Positions 33,401 through 43,823 of a DNA stretch of 64,000 bases are shown here, one piece after another. The notes beneath the pieces were generated by a model. It did not search any database. It saw only the letters and a program-made list of their open reading frames with translations, and was not told the origin of the DNA. The DNA comes from Alistipes sp. (GTDB lineage: Bacteria > Bacteroidota > Bacteroidia > Bacteroidales > Rikenellaceae): the NCBI GenBank assembly GCA_045650465.1, contig JAZRRF010000024.1, forward strand, positions 838-64,837. The letters are read 5' to 3'. The position numbers and the translations under genes were made by a program. How positions within the stretch are numbered: position 1 is the stretch's first letter; every line of letters begins with the position of its first letter.

Positions 33401-36400
33401 ACTGTACAATCTGCGAGTTTATGGTCTTTGCAAACTCATGGTACTCTTTCCAGGTGATTTCTCCCTTCTCAGCCTTTGTACGCTTCCCGGTCAGTTCATT
33501 TTTAATTTTCGTTATATCAGCCTCAGCAGCCTTCACCTCGTTTCTGTAAGTCGCAGCCAACAGCATTGCATCAGCCTCAGCCTGTGCCTCCTTCAGTTGG
33601 TTCTCAAGAGCCGTATTGCTACCATTCTCCTCAAGCTGCTTCTGGATTTCTCCAACTCTCTTGAATGAGTCGTTGTACTTCTCCTCAAAGCCCTCGTCAT
33701 CAAGGTTGATTGCATCTTTGTAAGTATTTAGGATTCTCTTTCCGATGATATCCACACCGCCCTGAACAACAACACCACTTGCGTTGACTCTCTCCGCGCC
33801 GGTCTTCATCTGCTTTTCCATTATCTCCTCAAGCTGGCTTGTGTGCTCATTGGTGATAATCTCAGCAATCTTCACGGCTGCGCCGTTTACCGTTTTCGCA
33901 TGGCCACCGGTAGCCTTTTGCATGAGGTTCAGCAAGCGTATAATCTTATAGCTCGACATGCCGCTCATCGCATTGTTTCTAAGGTACATCTTCACAAGAT
34001 CAGTGAATATCCTTACAGTATTTCGGTCATAAACCTTCTGCGCGTTCATCAACTTTATGACATTCGCAAGGTCACGGCCATACGCTCTGATAGCAGAGAG
34101 GCGCATTTCTACATTCTCCTTCTCCTGCTCTGCATGTTTCAAGAGGCTTTCTGTAATTCGCTCCTGGAGCGTCATTGCCTGTGGGTTTGTCTGCAATCCG
34201 GCAGGCATGCTTTCGCCCGTGATAGCATCCCTCTCCGCAAACAAACTGTCGTGCATCTCCCTCTGCTCCTGTGTCTCAAGGGCAAAGCCCAAGTACCTCA
34301 AAACAGTGATAGGAAACCTCGATGTCACATTATGCAACCTACGTATAGCCTTTGCATTCTCCTTCAAAGCCTTCTTTTTCTGCTCAGGAGTGAGTTCCTT
34401 CTTTGAGAAAAGCGTCCTCTCCTCTTGCACATTCAAAGAATTATCAACCGATTTATCTCCATAAACCATTTCATCTTCATAGAGAACAGATTCGCGGCTC
34501 TCTACATCCACCATGTCAAGCAATTTAATCGTACCACCCGAATACAGTCCTATGTACGCCCCTAAATTCGACTTGGCAGCTGCACTCAGTGCCGGGAAAC
34601 GTCCAAACAGCACAGGCCTGTTTCCACCCATCACTGTTGTGTAATAAACAATCTCCTTAGCAACCTTCTTTGCGCTCGCAGCAGTTATACCAACAAACGG
34701 TGTAAAAACATTACCTACAACTCTATTTTGGTTATTGCAGACCAAAAGGCCAATCTTGTTTCTATCTCCCAAGCGATTAGAAGATATGAATGCCGCAACA
34801 TCGCTATCATTTTTTACCTGAAACAATTCTGCCGGGTTGAAATCCTTGTCGAAAACCTGCTTGTTGAACGTGAATGTCTCAACAGGTACGTCAGCCCCAC
34901 CTTCAGCCTTTGTACTCCTCTCTTCGTTTGTCTCTTTAGCAGTGTCGTATATTCCGAACTTGCCACTTTTTAGGTTTATAATAATACCTTTCTCTACAAT
35001 ATCCCCATAGATTGTTCTAAAACCTTCCAAAGCAGCCACATCTTCATTAGAAGCCCTCAAAGCACCGCTCGGATGATTATGCACCAGATATACCTTATCC
35101 GGTTTGACATTCTCCATGGCCACTGCCACTGCAGAAGCGTTAATTATCGAAGAGGTGTAATGTCCCATGCCCAAGTGCAGTACCACAGGCTTGCCGTCTT
35201 TTACAAGTACTGCAAAAGAGTTCTCAATGCTTTCATCTTCGAGGTTCTTGAAGATATACGCAACATCCTCCAAGGACTCAATCTGTTCCCCGGCTGTAAA
35301 ATCAAAAGCTTTGCTTTTTGTAAATACTCGTTGTACGAGAGACGTCTCACCCTCTTCGAGTGGACGTAGCGGTGCGTTTATTAGAGTAAGGGCATCTCCT
35401 CCTGCAAGACCATCCCGTTGTATATCACCTGTTCTGGTCCTGTTGTCAGCGGTTTGATTTCCTCCACTGGCACCCCGTTGTATGTCGGTAGTTGTTCGCT
35501 CATCAGTATCGAATAATTCAAGTTGTTCATATCTAACAATCCTGCCATCGCCTGTCGTATGCAAAGTTATATTTTTATTTTCAAAATTCCTATCATTACG
35601 ATTACCTCTTCTGAACATCGTCTGCCCCTCCATCACACTCTCCTTCATTTCCGGAGTAACATCAACAGAGTGCATCACATTGTTCTGCTCAAGAGAAGGC
35701 ATTTCAACAGTGCCGACCTTTGCACCCCACTTCTTGGTGTACTTCTGCACGAACGATGGCAGCATCTTGTCATAGAAACCCTTCATACCCTCGCCACCAA
35801 TACGCAAGCCATCACCGCTGATGGTGTCTCCCTCTTGCATTTCAAGCATTTTATTTGCAAGCGGTTTTCCTACAATATCTGCAATAGATTTTCCGATATA
35901 CTCATCTTTGGAATTGACAACTATTCCGTTCGGGTCAACTATAAATTTGTAGTCAAGCCCCATAGAGAAGCTCTTGTTTCCGTTCTTTCCAACCTTTTCG
36001 CATTCTATATGGCTAACAACTTTGGCTATATTATACCTCTCCGCCTGCTGTTCACCCGTAGTCCAAGCCACCTTGTCAAATCCCTCCTCGGCAGCAAGTC
36101 GCAGCATACGCTTCATCGCAAGCTCATACCAGTTCTTCTCAAAGGGAGCAGAGGGGATACCTCTCTCTTGTCCTCGCAGTTCTTGCAATCGTTTTTCAGC
36201 CTCATTGCGTGCCTGTCCCAACGCATCCATTGTGATTCTTTCCTCTTCGGATAGCATAGCGTCAAAGTTCTTTAGGCGTTCAAACATCGAGCCCCCAAGT
36301 TCCTTGAAGTTATACTTTTCTTTCAAAGGCTCTCGGTATGCAGTCAATTCCCTATTGGTTTTACGAACCTCTTCTTCAGCAGCAAGTACTTCTTTGGCCA

Positions 36401-39400
36401 AACCAACACCACGATATCCCTTCTCTCGGCCATCCTGGTGTCTCTTGGACTGAATCTCATCAATCACAAGCACACGATTACCCTCGCTGTCGGTAGTCTC
36501 ACCAAAGCGCACCCAAGCAACAGCACGGCCTTCGCCTGCATCACCAAAGTGAATCTCATCGCTTTGGTTGTACGGCTCAATGGTAGGCACCACAAGAGCA
36601 ATCTCACGTTTGCGTTCAAGACCTTCTGTTGTATAACTCTCTCGATGCTCATTGATAGCGTTGTCCGCAGGGTTTGCATCAACAATCTTATTATCCAATA
36701 TGAAATCCTCATATTCGCCTTCGCTTACCGTTGACTCACTCCATAGAACCTCGCCATTGTAATACTCAAAGAAATCCTCAATGCCGGGGTACTTCTCTTG
36801 CATAGCATCCCAACCAATCTCCTTTGTTTCAGCCTCAAGTTTCTTTGAAGCTTCATTCATCATACCACTGCCGAACTGAGAGTATCTCACCTCCTCAATC
36901 TTGATAGTATTCTCATTAACGAAGTCAAGCACTTCCTGTTTGGTAAGCGATTTGCTCTCGTTGTTCTCCAGCCATTCACTGAGGCCCATCCACGCCTCCT
37001 CACCGGCCTTCAAACCGCCGTTCTTCTTCAGCATAGCAAGCCACTGCTCGGGAGTAGCCTTCTCCTGCTTTATACCCTCAACAGCCCTCTGCGCATTGCT
37101 AACAAAAACTTCCTGATTGTAGTTGGCCTTGCGGAACATCGTGCTACCCAAGTCTGTACCTTCCGGCAAATCCGTTTCAACAGGAGGGTAAGTATAATCG
37201 CCGCCCACATCCTTTGTGTGCAGCTTTGCATCAGCATCAATGACACTTATGTTTCCAGCCGCGTCGCGCACAACATTTCCCTTCTGCAAATCAGCGATAA
37301 CAATCTCGCCATCAGCAAAAGCCGTGTTCGCATCATTCAGCGGCTCAAATCCAAGAGACTGCATATACTCCCTGCGCTCCTCACTTGTCAGCGGAGTACT
37401 CTCGGCAAAATCCACAATAGGCTGCTGGAGAATCCTCACGAACTCACCATCAATCTCACCATAACCCAAAATCTCATATCTTGTGTCACGGAATACATCG
37501 TTAAACAAAGCAATGTTGTCAATGTCAGGGCGGAAACGCTTGCCGAAAGGCTTGCCCTTAGATGCCTTTATAACATAACGGCCGTCTTTAGAAGAATAGA
37601 CCTTTGAGTCCTTACCCTCACCAATAGGCTCGGTATCATCAGTAAACTCCTTGAGGTCAGTATGCCAGTTACCGGTGGCTATAGCCCACCCTTTGAGGAG
37701 TTCTTTCTTTCTCTCCTCAATCTCTCTTCTTCCTGCTTCACTAAAGCGTTCATTCGCTGGGACTGCGCTCTCAGATATTCGGCTGAAAAGCGCATCGACA
37801 GCGTTCGCTCTCGCTCCTTGACGCAGCGCTCGTTCCATTCTCTGTGGAAGTCGTTGCGATATTCTCCGTCCGAAAGGGTTAGCAGGTGTAGCATCTTCAA
37901 TGAATTTATCTATCTGCGACAAAGTTACATCATTAAAATCACCTTTCAAAACAGAAGAGTATATTTCTTTCGCAAGTTCCTTTCTTTCAGCCTCTCTCTT
38001 CAGGCGTTGCTTCTTTGCATACTCTTTGTTTCCATATATGATACCGCCAACTTCATCAAGAACATTGTTTATGCGGTTCTTCTCCTGGCGTCTCTCCGAC
38101 ATCTTCTTGCTCGCCATTGTCTCACCCTGGCCGGTAACCTGTGAAACCTTTCCGTTTTCAGTTTTCACATTTCCGTTTTTCCGTAGGTTCGCATAGCTTG
38201 CCCTGATGACCGCCTCAACATCCCTCTGCTTCAAGTTCTTGAAACCAGCCTTGCGCAGCACATTCATCACATAGTCAATGAACCTCTGCCATACACTCTT
38301 CTCAAGCTCGTTCAAGTCCATCTTCTCTGCGATGTGTGCCACATACTCATCAGCCGCCTGTCGCATCTTCGCCTTTGACGGATTCGCCATGTCGGCTCCA
38401 ACATACTGTAAGAAGTGCGCTCTCAACGCTGCAGGCATCATATCCCAAACACCATCGAGGAACTTGTCAAAATCCTCTTGGCCCAATAAATGCTTGATAC
38501 CATAGTGTGACACAGCCTCATGCAGGATAGTGCTCTCCACATCGCGCATACTCTCCATATTCGGCATATACAGCGCAATCTCACCTGTGACAGGATTATA
38601 CCAACCCTTTACCTCACCACCCTCGGCAATAGCCTTCATCGCATCTTTATTCGTTACCGTTGACTCATCATTGTGCACAGTAACCTCAACGCCCAACTTC
38701 TCGGCAACCCCCTTCGCATGGTCAGCAAAACGCGCTTGTTGCTTCTTCTTTGCCGTTTCAAGAACCTTATCCGCAACCGGATGAGACGCTTTTGCCTTAC
38801 CATCCACATAAACCTGTGTGCCTATCGCATTTCCCTGCTTGTCATAACGGGTGACTGATGCCGCCTTGCCGCCTCCGTCATACTCCGTATGCTCAAACAG
38901 CACACCCTCGTCGTATGAATCAACCGACACAACCTTACCGTCGTGCTCAGTGACAACCGTTGCCACCTCACCACGCGAATTGTAGTTCGTGATACGCTTG
39001 TCGCCATTCTCAAGCACCTCCTCGGTAAATGTAGGCTCCTTAATCTCAGCCACACCGCTTTGGCCGGGAGCGTTTCCACCCTCGGCCATCACTGGTGTAA
39101 ACCAACCATCAACCTTGCTTTCAAGCGAAGTGCCCTTTACAATAGCCCTCAGTTCCTCAAGTTCATTGGGGTACAATCCACGCTCCTTGGCTTTGTAGAA
39201 TAACTCATACGCTGGGGAGATTTTGCCATATTCCTCGCGGTTACTCTTGCGCACAGCCTCCATATCCTTCAGCATCTGCGTACTATTACCCGCGCTGTTG
39301 AGTGTATAGTGGTCTACAACTTGGTCACTTGCTTGTGATATAGTTGAACCGTTCGGAATTTCCGAACCGCTTACTTGTTGATTTCCTTGTGACGTTGCAT

Positions 39401-42400
39401 TCTCGCCACCGCTGTACACATCACCTTGAACCTTGCCTCCTTGTCCTGGCTCTCCAAGGTTTGTATCTCCTGTGTTGTCAGCAAATTGTTCGCCTTGCAG
39501 TAGTTCACTGCTTCCGCGAGTACTCTCGCTTTCTCTTGTGGTGTCATTTTCGTAATTTTCCGCTAAGTTATTAAAATATTCTGTTTCATCAAAACCTTTA
39601 AGCTCTTGCATTATACGAGGCACTATCGACTCTTCGTATGCAATCTGCTCTTCGATAGACTCAAAGTTAAGCGCATTAGCAACGCCTCTCAACTCCGCAA
39701 GCTGTTGCTCAACATCAGTCTGCTGTCGCATCTCAAGGCCCTTCTTTGCAAATGAACGAGGATTACCGTTAGAGAGAACATCAATAATCATATCCCTCAC
39801 ATCCTGCATATCCCCATTAAATCCAAGGCCACGCAGCTCATCACCATAGCTCTCATAAATGATTTCAGCAGCACGTTCAATGCTCACGCCACCCTTCTCC
39901 TTGCCGGCAATAACACCAACCATCTGCTTCTGTTCAGCCTTCGTACCAGTCTCTTTTTGGAAACTTTCCGGAGTAATCTTAATTCCACCCAACTGATTTG
40001 CAACAAACTCATCGGGAGTCATTTCAATCACCTCCCTCGGTTTTACAGCCTCAACAGACTCACGCATCTCGCTTTGTGAAATCTCCGCGTCGCGTTTAGC
40101 CACCTCGTTCCAATAGTCAACCTTCGCCTGTGCCGCCTTCTTGCCAGCCTCCCACTTATTCATGGCAGCCTCGTATGCATCAGGGTCAGTACCTACATTC
40201 GGTTCCTTATCAAACTTCGTCAGCGCACTCTCCGCCTGCTTGCGGTTATTCTCAATCATCTGCGCACGCGCTTGGCTATTAGGCACGCGCTGCACAAAAT
40301 ACTCAAGAGTCTTTTCCGCCGGCATTTCAGTAAACAACACCTTGCCACCCTTGTCGGTAGGCACCGCAGTCGTAAAATTAGTTTCAGCCAGCAACACAAC
40401 ACGTTTGCCATCAACATCAACAGTCACACTGCCATCCTCATTGCGGGAAACAACAGCATAGTTCTTGCCATCCATACGGAAGAAATCAGGCACCTCTGCC
40501 ACCTTGGGCGCAACCACCTGTGGCTGTGCGGTCTCTGTCTGTGCAGTTTCATTAGACAACCCATTAGACAACCCGGGTTGTTCAATAGGCTGTGTAGTTT
40601 CAACAGGTGACACAACGTCACCACTTGTAGCGCCTTCCGCTTTGACCTCTCCGCCTTCAACTACAGGCTGCTTTCCTGTAGCATCAGCCATGATGGCCTC
40701 GAATTCTTTTGCAGGCACCTCTGTAGGCCTGCCGTCAATAAGAGCGTCCACCATATCACCGCGTCGGCCTACAAGCATTACAGTGTGGTCGCCTTCCGAG
40801 TCACTATACACAAATGTATTAAGTTGGCTTTTGTAGCGAGCATCAATCTCCGCACGCTTTACAGCCTTCTGTGCCTCAGCATTCTCAACAGCCACTTTCT
40901 CGCGGATGTTACCGGCTTGTATCGCCTCCTTCTTGCTGTTAGGCATAAGAGCTACCAAACCCTCACTCTGATTAACATCAATATAGCCATCGTTATCAAG
41001 CACTACCGTGCCACCGGTAATGTAAATAACCTCACCGGTGCTTGGCAAAGTAGTCATATACACATTGCCATCCTCGTGCGCTACAGCATCAACACTATTG
41101 TCCGCCTCAATGATCTCACTTTCTCGCTCTGCGTTGAGCCTTTCACTCATACCATCATACCTTGCCTTCTCTTCCAAGTAAGTATACAACGCATCCGCAA
41201 CAGCTTCATCACCCATGGCAACCTCATCAACACTTCTGCCACCGACGAAATCCTCAATGCTCGCATCATTCTGCAATCCAAGTGCAACCCTTACCGCTGT
41301 CTCCGCATCATCCAAAGACTTGTTGGCAAGAGCAATCGTGCTTCCGTTCACAGTATCAGGATCGGTGTTGTAACCCTCCTCGTAACGACCATTAAGCATT
41401 TCATTGAGCATTTTCTGTCGCTCGTCTGTGATAGCCTCACTTACTCCTATCGCAGTCTTATACTGCAAAGAATACACGGCATACTGCAATGCGACCTTTT
41501 TCTGTTCATTGGTCAGTGTTTCATCGGCATATACATCTTTAATTGCCTGGTCAATCTCACTTAATGTCTCTTCTGTGTTCTCTATTGAGCCATTATCGAG
41601 GCGCGACTTGATTTCATCCCATTGGGCTATGTTCTCACCCCACAATGTACGAGCTGTGCGGTCTGCGCTCTGCATCTTCCATTTCTCCTGAGCACCCAGT
41701 TTGAACGAACCATCATAAGCACCTACGGCTGTTCTCAATGATGATGTGATAGCACCCGGAACAGCCACAGCAATAAGCGTAGTAGTCAAATCCTTCTCGT
41801 TGAAGAAATCTTTAAGTTTAGGGTCTCTAAGCAACGCCGGAGATAACAAGCCCACATGTACCTCTTCCATAAACTCCTCTATAGGTCCATGCCAACCTGT
41901 TCTCTCAAAGAAATTACCCAGGGTTTTACCAAATCTGCTATTAGCAAGATTATCTATCCACCCCAATACTTTTGTTCCCTTTCCCCATTTGCGTAGCTGA
42001 CGGAATGGAAGAGACGCATAACCTGCACCGATCATTTCCGATGCAGTGTCCAGCATCCTCTCCGTAAATTCTTCGTACACGGCTGTCGCAGCTCCTTTCT
42101 CATTCTTTTGCCCACCATATACCAATTTGCCATCCTCATCAGTGTCTACGACAACATCACCCTGCATGCGTTCCTGTACACCTGCTATCGTGCCGGGCAG
42201 CTGCATGGTTGCAGCTGTGCCATATCCAGCAGCAACAGAGCCGGCTATATTTCCTAACACCTGCGTGCCCTTTTTCAAAACATTTGAACGGAAACGCTTC
42301 TCAGCCCATTTAAGGAGCTTCTTGCCGGCAGCCTTACCCGTACCGCGAAGTGGGTTTATTGCCATCTCAAACATAAGAGGTATGCTCTCCATGAAAGATT

Positions 42401-43823
42401 TACCGGCACCGGCCGATGCCGATAGGTCCTCTGCATACATTTCATTATACGCAGTAAGCATAACCACCGACTCCAGGAACTTCTGCTCTGCCTGTGTAAG
42501 AGAGCCTTCGCCCTCATCATTTATCTTGTCAAGCACACCTTGCAACGCTTGACCTCTCTTAATTTCTTCGGCACTCGTCCATGTGTCAGGGTCAAGGATT
42601 GCCGCGCCCATACCGGCAACAAACTGTTTGCCGCCTCCGCCTTCCGCTTGAGCCAACGCCTGTAGATTCTTCGCCTTCGCAATATTCTGCCTGGTGTAGT
42701 TAATCATGTCAAGCTGGCGCGCGACTTCCTGCGCCTCCTCGGTTGGAATACCGTTAATAGACATTGCATCTCTTACCGCATCAGCACTGGTCATGCCTCG
42801 TTGATCTGTGGTCGACAAAGCCATCGCTATATCCCATCCCGCAGGTTTCTCCTTCTCCCAATTAGCCTGCGCTTCACCGGCCTTAGCCTTAATCTCTGCC
42901 TCAATAGAGTCCAAGCCCTCTTCCAGTTCAGCCATCTGTTTGTCGGCCATGTATTTCATCGTGGTATCATCGTCGGCCACACCGGCTTCTATCTGTGCCG
43001 GGGTATATCCGCGTTTTCCTGCTATGGCGCGTTTATCCACAACAGCATCCATAGTCAACTCATTAGCTTTGAGATTTCCGCCTGTGGCCCAACGGAAGAG
43101 CAAGTCATAATCGCCATTTACTCTACGATCGGTAGCTGCTAAGAAATCATCCTCAATCTCGTTGATAGACTTTCCAAACATGCGCTCCAAGGTCTTTACC
43201 TTTGAAGCATCATCAAGTTCGCTAAAATCTGTTCTAACAGCCTCAATAGTTTCGACCTTTTGCTCAGCCTCAACTTTCTGTTGCTTCTTCGACTGCTGCT
43301 TCTGATGTTTGGCATTCCAACCATATTCATGATTAGGGGTTGCATTCTTCTTGACGTCCGGAGTGACACCGACTTTAACTCTAACCTGTTGTGCTACTTC
43401 ATCCACCTGCTCTGGTGTAAGAGGATTGATTATAGCCCCGGAATCATCTTCCTCCTCCTCGTTACCATCGCCCTTTAGAGCTTCCCACTTCTGCCGCACA
43501 CGACTTTTCTTCTGTTCTTCTACAGCTTCCTCTTTTAATCCCAACTCTCCCCCGGTAAGGGTAAAACCATTCTCGCCACCCTTGGGTTGCTGCGCAGGAA
43601 CCGGTGCGGTCGTCTTCTGCTCCACATTGGGAACAAGCATTGCTGCAAACTCTTCGTAACTATCACCAATATCCGTGTAGCCACTATTTCTCATTGCGTC
43701 ATAAGCTACACGCACATTCTCCGGTTTTTCCAACAACTTGTTGAACTCCTCCTGGTTCTCACCAATATCTGTGTACCCCTCATTTTTAAGGGCGTTGTAC
43801 AATATCGTTCTATTGTCGTTCAT
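30417..43823 (-). CDS. giant multidomain (polyvalent-type) virion/ejection protein, about 4470 aa
   Basis: Uninterrupted 13.4-kb ORF; ATG at 43823 (TTG at 43832 in the ORF track). Contains HExxH, kinase-like and RadC/JAB motifs (see domain features). Confidence 0.9.
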   Translation of the reverse strand: MNDNRTILYNALKNEGYTDIGENQEEFNKLLEKPENVRVAYDAMRNSGYTDIGDSYEEFAAMLVPNVEQKTTAPVPAQQPKGGENGFTLTGGELGLKEEAVEEQKKSRVRQKWEALKGDGNEEEEDDSGAIINPLTPEQVDEVAQQVRVKVGVTPDVKKNATPNHEYGWNAKHQKQQSKKQQKVEAEQKVETIEAVRTDFSELDDASKVKTLERMFGKSINEIEDDFLAATDRRVNGDYDLLFRWATGGNLKANELTMDAVVDKRAIAGKRGYTPAQIEAGVADDDTTMKYMADKQMAELEEGLDSIEAEIKAKAGEAQANWEKEKPAGWDIAMALSTTDQRGMTSADAVRDAMSINGIPTEEAQEVARQLDMINYTRQNIAKAKNLQALAQAEGGGGKQFVAGMGAAILDPDTWTSAEEIKRGQALQGVLDKINDEGEGSLTQAEQKFLESVVMLTAYNEMYAEDLSASAGAGKSFMESIPLMFEMAINPLRGTGKAAGKKLLKWAEKRFRSNVLKKGTQVLGNIAGSVAAGYGTAATMQLPGTIAGVQERMQGDVVVDTDEDGKLVYGGQKNEKGAATAVYEEFTERMLDTASEMIGAGYASLPFRQLRKWGKGTKVLGWIDNLANSRFGKTLGNFFERTGWHGPIEEFMEEVHVGLLSPALLRDPKLKDFFNEKDLTTTLIAVAVPGAITSSLRTAVGAYDGSFKLGAQEKWKMQSADRTARTLWGENIAQWDEIKSRLDNGSIENTEETLSEIDQAIKDVYADETLTNEQKKVALQYAVYSLQYKTAIGVSEAITDERQKMLNEMLNGRYEEGYNTDPDTVNGSTIALANKSLDDAETAVRVALGLQNDASIEDFVGGRSVDEVAMGDEAVADALYTYLEEKARYDGMSERLNAERESEIIEADNSVDAVAHEDGNVYMTTLPSTGEVIYITGGTVVLDNDGYIDVNQSEGLVALMPNSKKEAIQAGNIREKVAVENAEAQKAVKRAEIDARYKSQLNTFVYSDSEGDHTVMLVGRRGDMVDALIDGRPTEVPAKEFEAIMADATGKQPVVEGGEVKAEGATSGDVVSPVETTQPIEQPGLSNGLSNETAQTETAQPQVVAPKVAEVPDFFRMDGKNYAVVSRNEDGSVTVDVDGKRVVLLAETNFTTAVPTDKGGKVLFTEMPAEKTLEYFVQRVPNSQARAQMIENNRKQAESALTKFDKEPNVGTDPDAYEAAMNKWEAGKKAAQAKVDYWNEVAKRDAEISQSEMRESVEAVKPREVIEMTPDEFVANQLGGIKITPESFQKETGTKAEQKQMVGVIAGKEKGGVSIERAAEIIYESYGDELRGLGFNGDMQDVRDMIIDVLSNGNPRSFAKKGLEMRQQTDVEQQLAELRGVANALNFESIEEQIAYEESIVPRIMQELKGFDETEYFNNLAENYENDTTRESESTRGSSELLQGEQFADNTGDTNLGEPGQGGKVQGDVYSGGENATSQGNQQVSGSEIPNGSTISQASDQVVDHYTLNSAGNSTQMLKDMEAVRKSNREEYGKISPAYELFYKAKERGLYPNELEELRAIVKGTSLESKVDGWFTPVMAEGGNAPGQSGVAEIKEPTFTEEVLENGDKRITNYNSRGEVATVVTEHDGKVVSVDSYDEGVLFEHTEYDGGGKAASVTRYDKQGNAIGTQVYVDGKAKASHPVADKVLETAKKKQQARFADHAKGVAEKLGVEVTVHNDESTVTNKDAMKAIAEGGEVKGWYNPVTGEIALYMPNMESMRDVESTILHEAVSHYGIKHLLGQEDFDKFLDGVWDMMPAALRAHFLQYVGADMANPSKAKMRQAADEYVAHIAEKMDLNELEKSVWQRFIDYVMNVLRKAGFKNLKQRDVEAVIRASYANLRKNGNVKTENGKVSQVTGQGETMASKKMSERRQEKNRINNVLDEVGGIIYGNKEYAKKQRLKREAERKELAKEIYSSVLKGDFNDVTLSQIDKFIEDATPANPFGRRISQRLPQRMERALRQGARANAVDALFSRISESAVPANERFSEAGRREIEERKKELLKGWAIATGNWHTDLKEFTDDTEPIGEGKDSKVYSSKDGRYVIKASKGKPFGKRFRPDIDNIALFNDVFRDTRYEILGYGEIDGEFVRILQQPIVDFAESTPLTSEERREYMQSLGFEPLNDANTAFADGEIVIADLQKGNVVRDAAGNISVIDADAKLHTKDVGGDYTYPPVETDLPEGTDLGSTMFRKANYNQEVFVSNAQRAVEGIKQEKATPEQWLAMLKKNGGLKAGEEAWMGLSEWLENNESKSLTKQEVLDFVNENTIKIEEVRYSQFGSGMMNEASKKLEAETKEIGWDAMQEKYPGIEDFFEYYNGEVLWSESTVSEGEYEDFILDNKIVDANPADNAINEHRESYTTEGLERKREIALVVPTIEPYNQSDEIHFGDAGEGRAVAWVRFGETTDSEGNRVLVIDEIQSKRHQDGREKGYRGVGLAKEVLAAEEEVRKTNRELTAYREPLKEKYNFKELGGSMFERLKNFDAMLSEEERITMDALGQARNEAEKRLQELRGQERGIPSAPFEKNWYELAMKRMLRLAAEEGFDKVAWTTGEQQAERYNIAKVVSHIECEKVGKNGNKSFSMGLDYKFIVDPNGIVVNSKDEYIGKSIADIVGKPLANKMLEMQEGDTISGDGLRIGGEGMKGFYDKMLPSFVQKYTKKWGAKVGTVEMPSLEQNNVMHSVDVTPEMKESVMEGQTMFRRGNRNDRNFENKNITLHTTGDGRIVRYEQLELFDTDERTTTDIQRGASGGNQTADNRTRTGDIQRDGLAGGDALTLINAPLRPLEEGETSLVQRVFTKSKAFDFTAGEQIESLEDVAYIFKNLEDESIENSFAVLVKDGKPVVLHLGMGHYTSSIINASAVAVAMENVKPDKVYLVHNHPSGALRASNEDVAALEGFRTIYGDIVEKGIIINLKSGKFGIYDTAKETNEERSTKAEGGADVPVETFTFNKQVFDKDFNPAELFQVKNDSDVAAFISSNRLGDRNKIGLLVCNNQNRVVGNVFTPFVGITAASAKKVAKEIVYYTTVMGGNRPVLFGRFPALSAAAKSNLGAYIGLYSGGTIKLLDMVDVESRESVLYEDEMVYGDKSVDNSLNVQEERTLFSKKELTPEQKKKALKENAKAIRRLHNVTSRFPITVLRYLGFALETQEQREMHDSLFAERDAITGESMPAGLQTNPQAMTLQERITESLLKHAEQEKENVEMRLSAIRAYGRDLANVIKLMNAQKVYDRNTVRIFTDLVKMYLRNNAMSGMSSYKIIRLLNLMQKATGGHAKTVNGAAVKIAEIITNEHTSQLEEIMEKQMKTGAERVNASGVVVQGGVDIIGKRILNTYKDAINLDDEGFEEKYNDSFKRVGEIQKQLEENGSNTALENQLKEAQAEADAMLLAATYRNEVKAAEADITKIKNELTGKRTKAEKGEITWKEYHEFAKTINSQIVQLRAQQIDAYQKVLHALSGDIYEGVQRARAFREAEAMRVQRIHDMAESDMNGVDKSAERKEPGAAGKTVDMVVYKNPIVRTVMNGLGTYENYMKYFGRDHLDGRGELFNHFMTAFNEAQDKEWKESQNDFNILEAAAQKIFDKKIIGKTYKTIARESTKGSGVILSYWNGGATVERELTIGQLMYLYMTEKQAEGQMKLRNMGLTEEKVQGAVKKLPAKYKKFADYIQAEFLPQMRPRMNEVHQRMFGASMSEVENYFPLRVNKDARQGNEDINNTSDAIPSTITGSIIKRRVNVTPIDLMANAFDVLNEHIVDMEHWAAYAEFIRDNNTLINDKDFKNRVQNTKSVRYGDGETLWKDFVDTARIATGNYKPKADYLAKLMSGANAAKITYGGFTSLKQIASLPAFLGDANVFDLMWTASTPVGWWSSWNWAIKNLPGFEERWKGRTAGNERLGENEYSIYDSRIMKAARMVGMTPNAFIDAVVVASGARAVYNTRLRFYKSLGLTEYEADKRAKNDAAISYNETQQSGQGAYLSSLQKDGGLVALLTTLFRNSQMAFQRRVVGSMVGIGKKLARGERIREATKQKYIKMGVDEVTAGKQATKEFYKSYAKDFTNLAIFGYGMNYLWVLMGQLPYLLFGDDEEEKEKIYDMAKKVGVTGMFEGFTLGNFAKGLYEKHITDGKYAVGLLEAPFEGDLQKVIDSFEKDGTAAGILQLGIILTEMNTGISPQRLIDLAAAFIDVSDGDVKLANDGVLLGLRILEAPQSQQDMLILDEIYGADAEKVKKVADRYIEYKMTRNFPLGSEDEKRVDKYANKFVETLKERVEKEYSPEDISVIYDQSSDTEKEILKKKWIEGMDERNGTNVAKSLRKEKLEELLGSPVENAATKALHKYSKVNTYEKLETFEDLERWYEYKVLHDKFKSDYEKIRDGEELSPEERAKAVEHYGVYADKGFKEVINAIGAHKKFIKQNKDPEWRMSEVRRLTDIATEIMKRYE
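34955..35240 (-). other. domain of giant ORF: RadC-like JAB/JAMM module
   Basis: SFAVLVKDGKPVVLHLGMGHYTSSIINASAVAVAMENVKPDKVYLVHNHPSGALRASNEDVAALEGF; the HNHPSG is encoded at 35064-35081. Confidence 0.7.
37225..37660 (-). other. domain of giant ORF: small protein-kinase-like module (polyvalent-protein kinase type)
   Basis: GEGKDSKVYSSKDGRYVIKASKG (Gly-rich loop plus Lys), IADLQKGNV (D..K.N catalytic-loop-like), VIDADAK (DFG-like). Confidence 0.5.
38141..38187 (-). repeat. intragenic copy of the heptad motif array
   Basis: Shares the exact 16-mer ttcacatttccgtttt with the intergenic array at 13868-13883; encodes NGNVKTENGKVSQ. Confidence 0.5.
38330..38780 (-). other. domain of giant ORF: zincin-like metallopeptidase (polyvalent-protein MPTase type)
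   Basis: KGWYNPVTGEIALYMPN...STILHEAVSHYGIKHLLG; the HExxH is encoded at 38505-38522. Confidence 0.6.
38810..39018 (-). other. domain of giant ORF: YD/RHS-like repeats
   Basis: ITNYNSRGEVATVVTEHDGKVVSVDSYDEGVLFEHTEYDGGGKAASVTRYDKQGNAIG. Confidence 0.4.
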
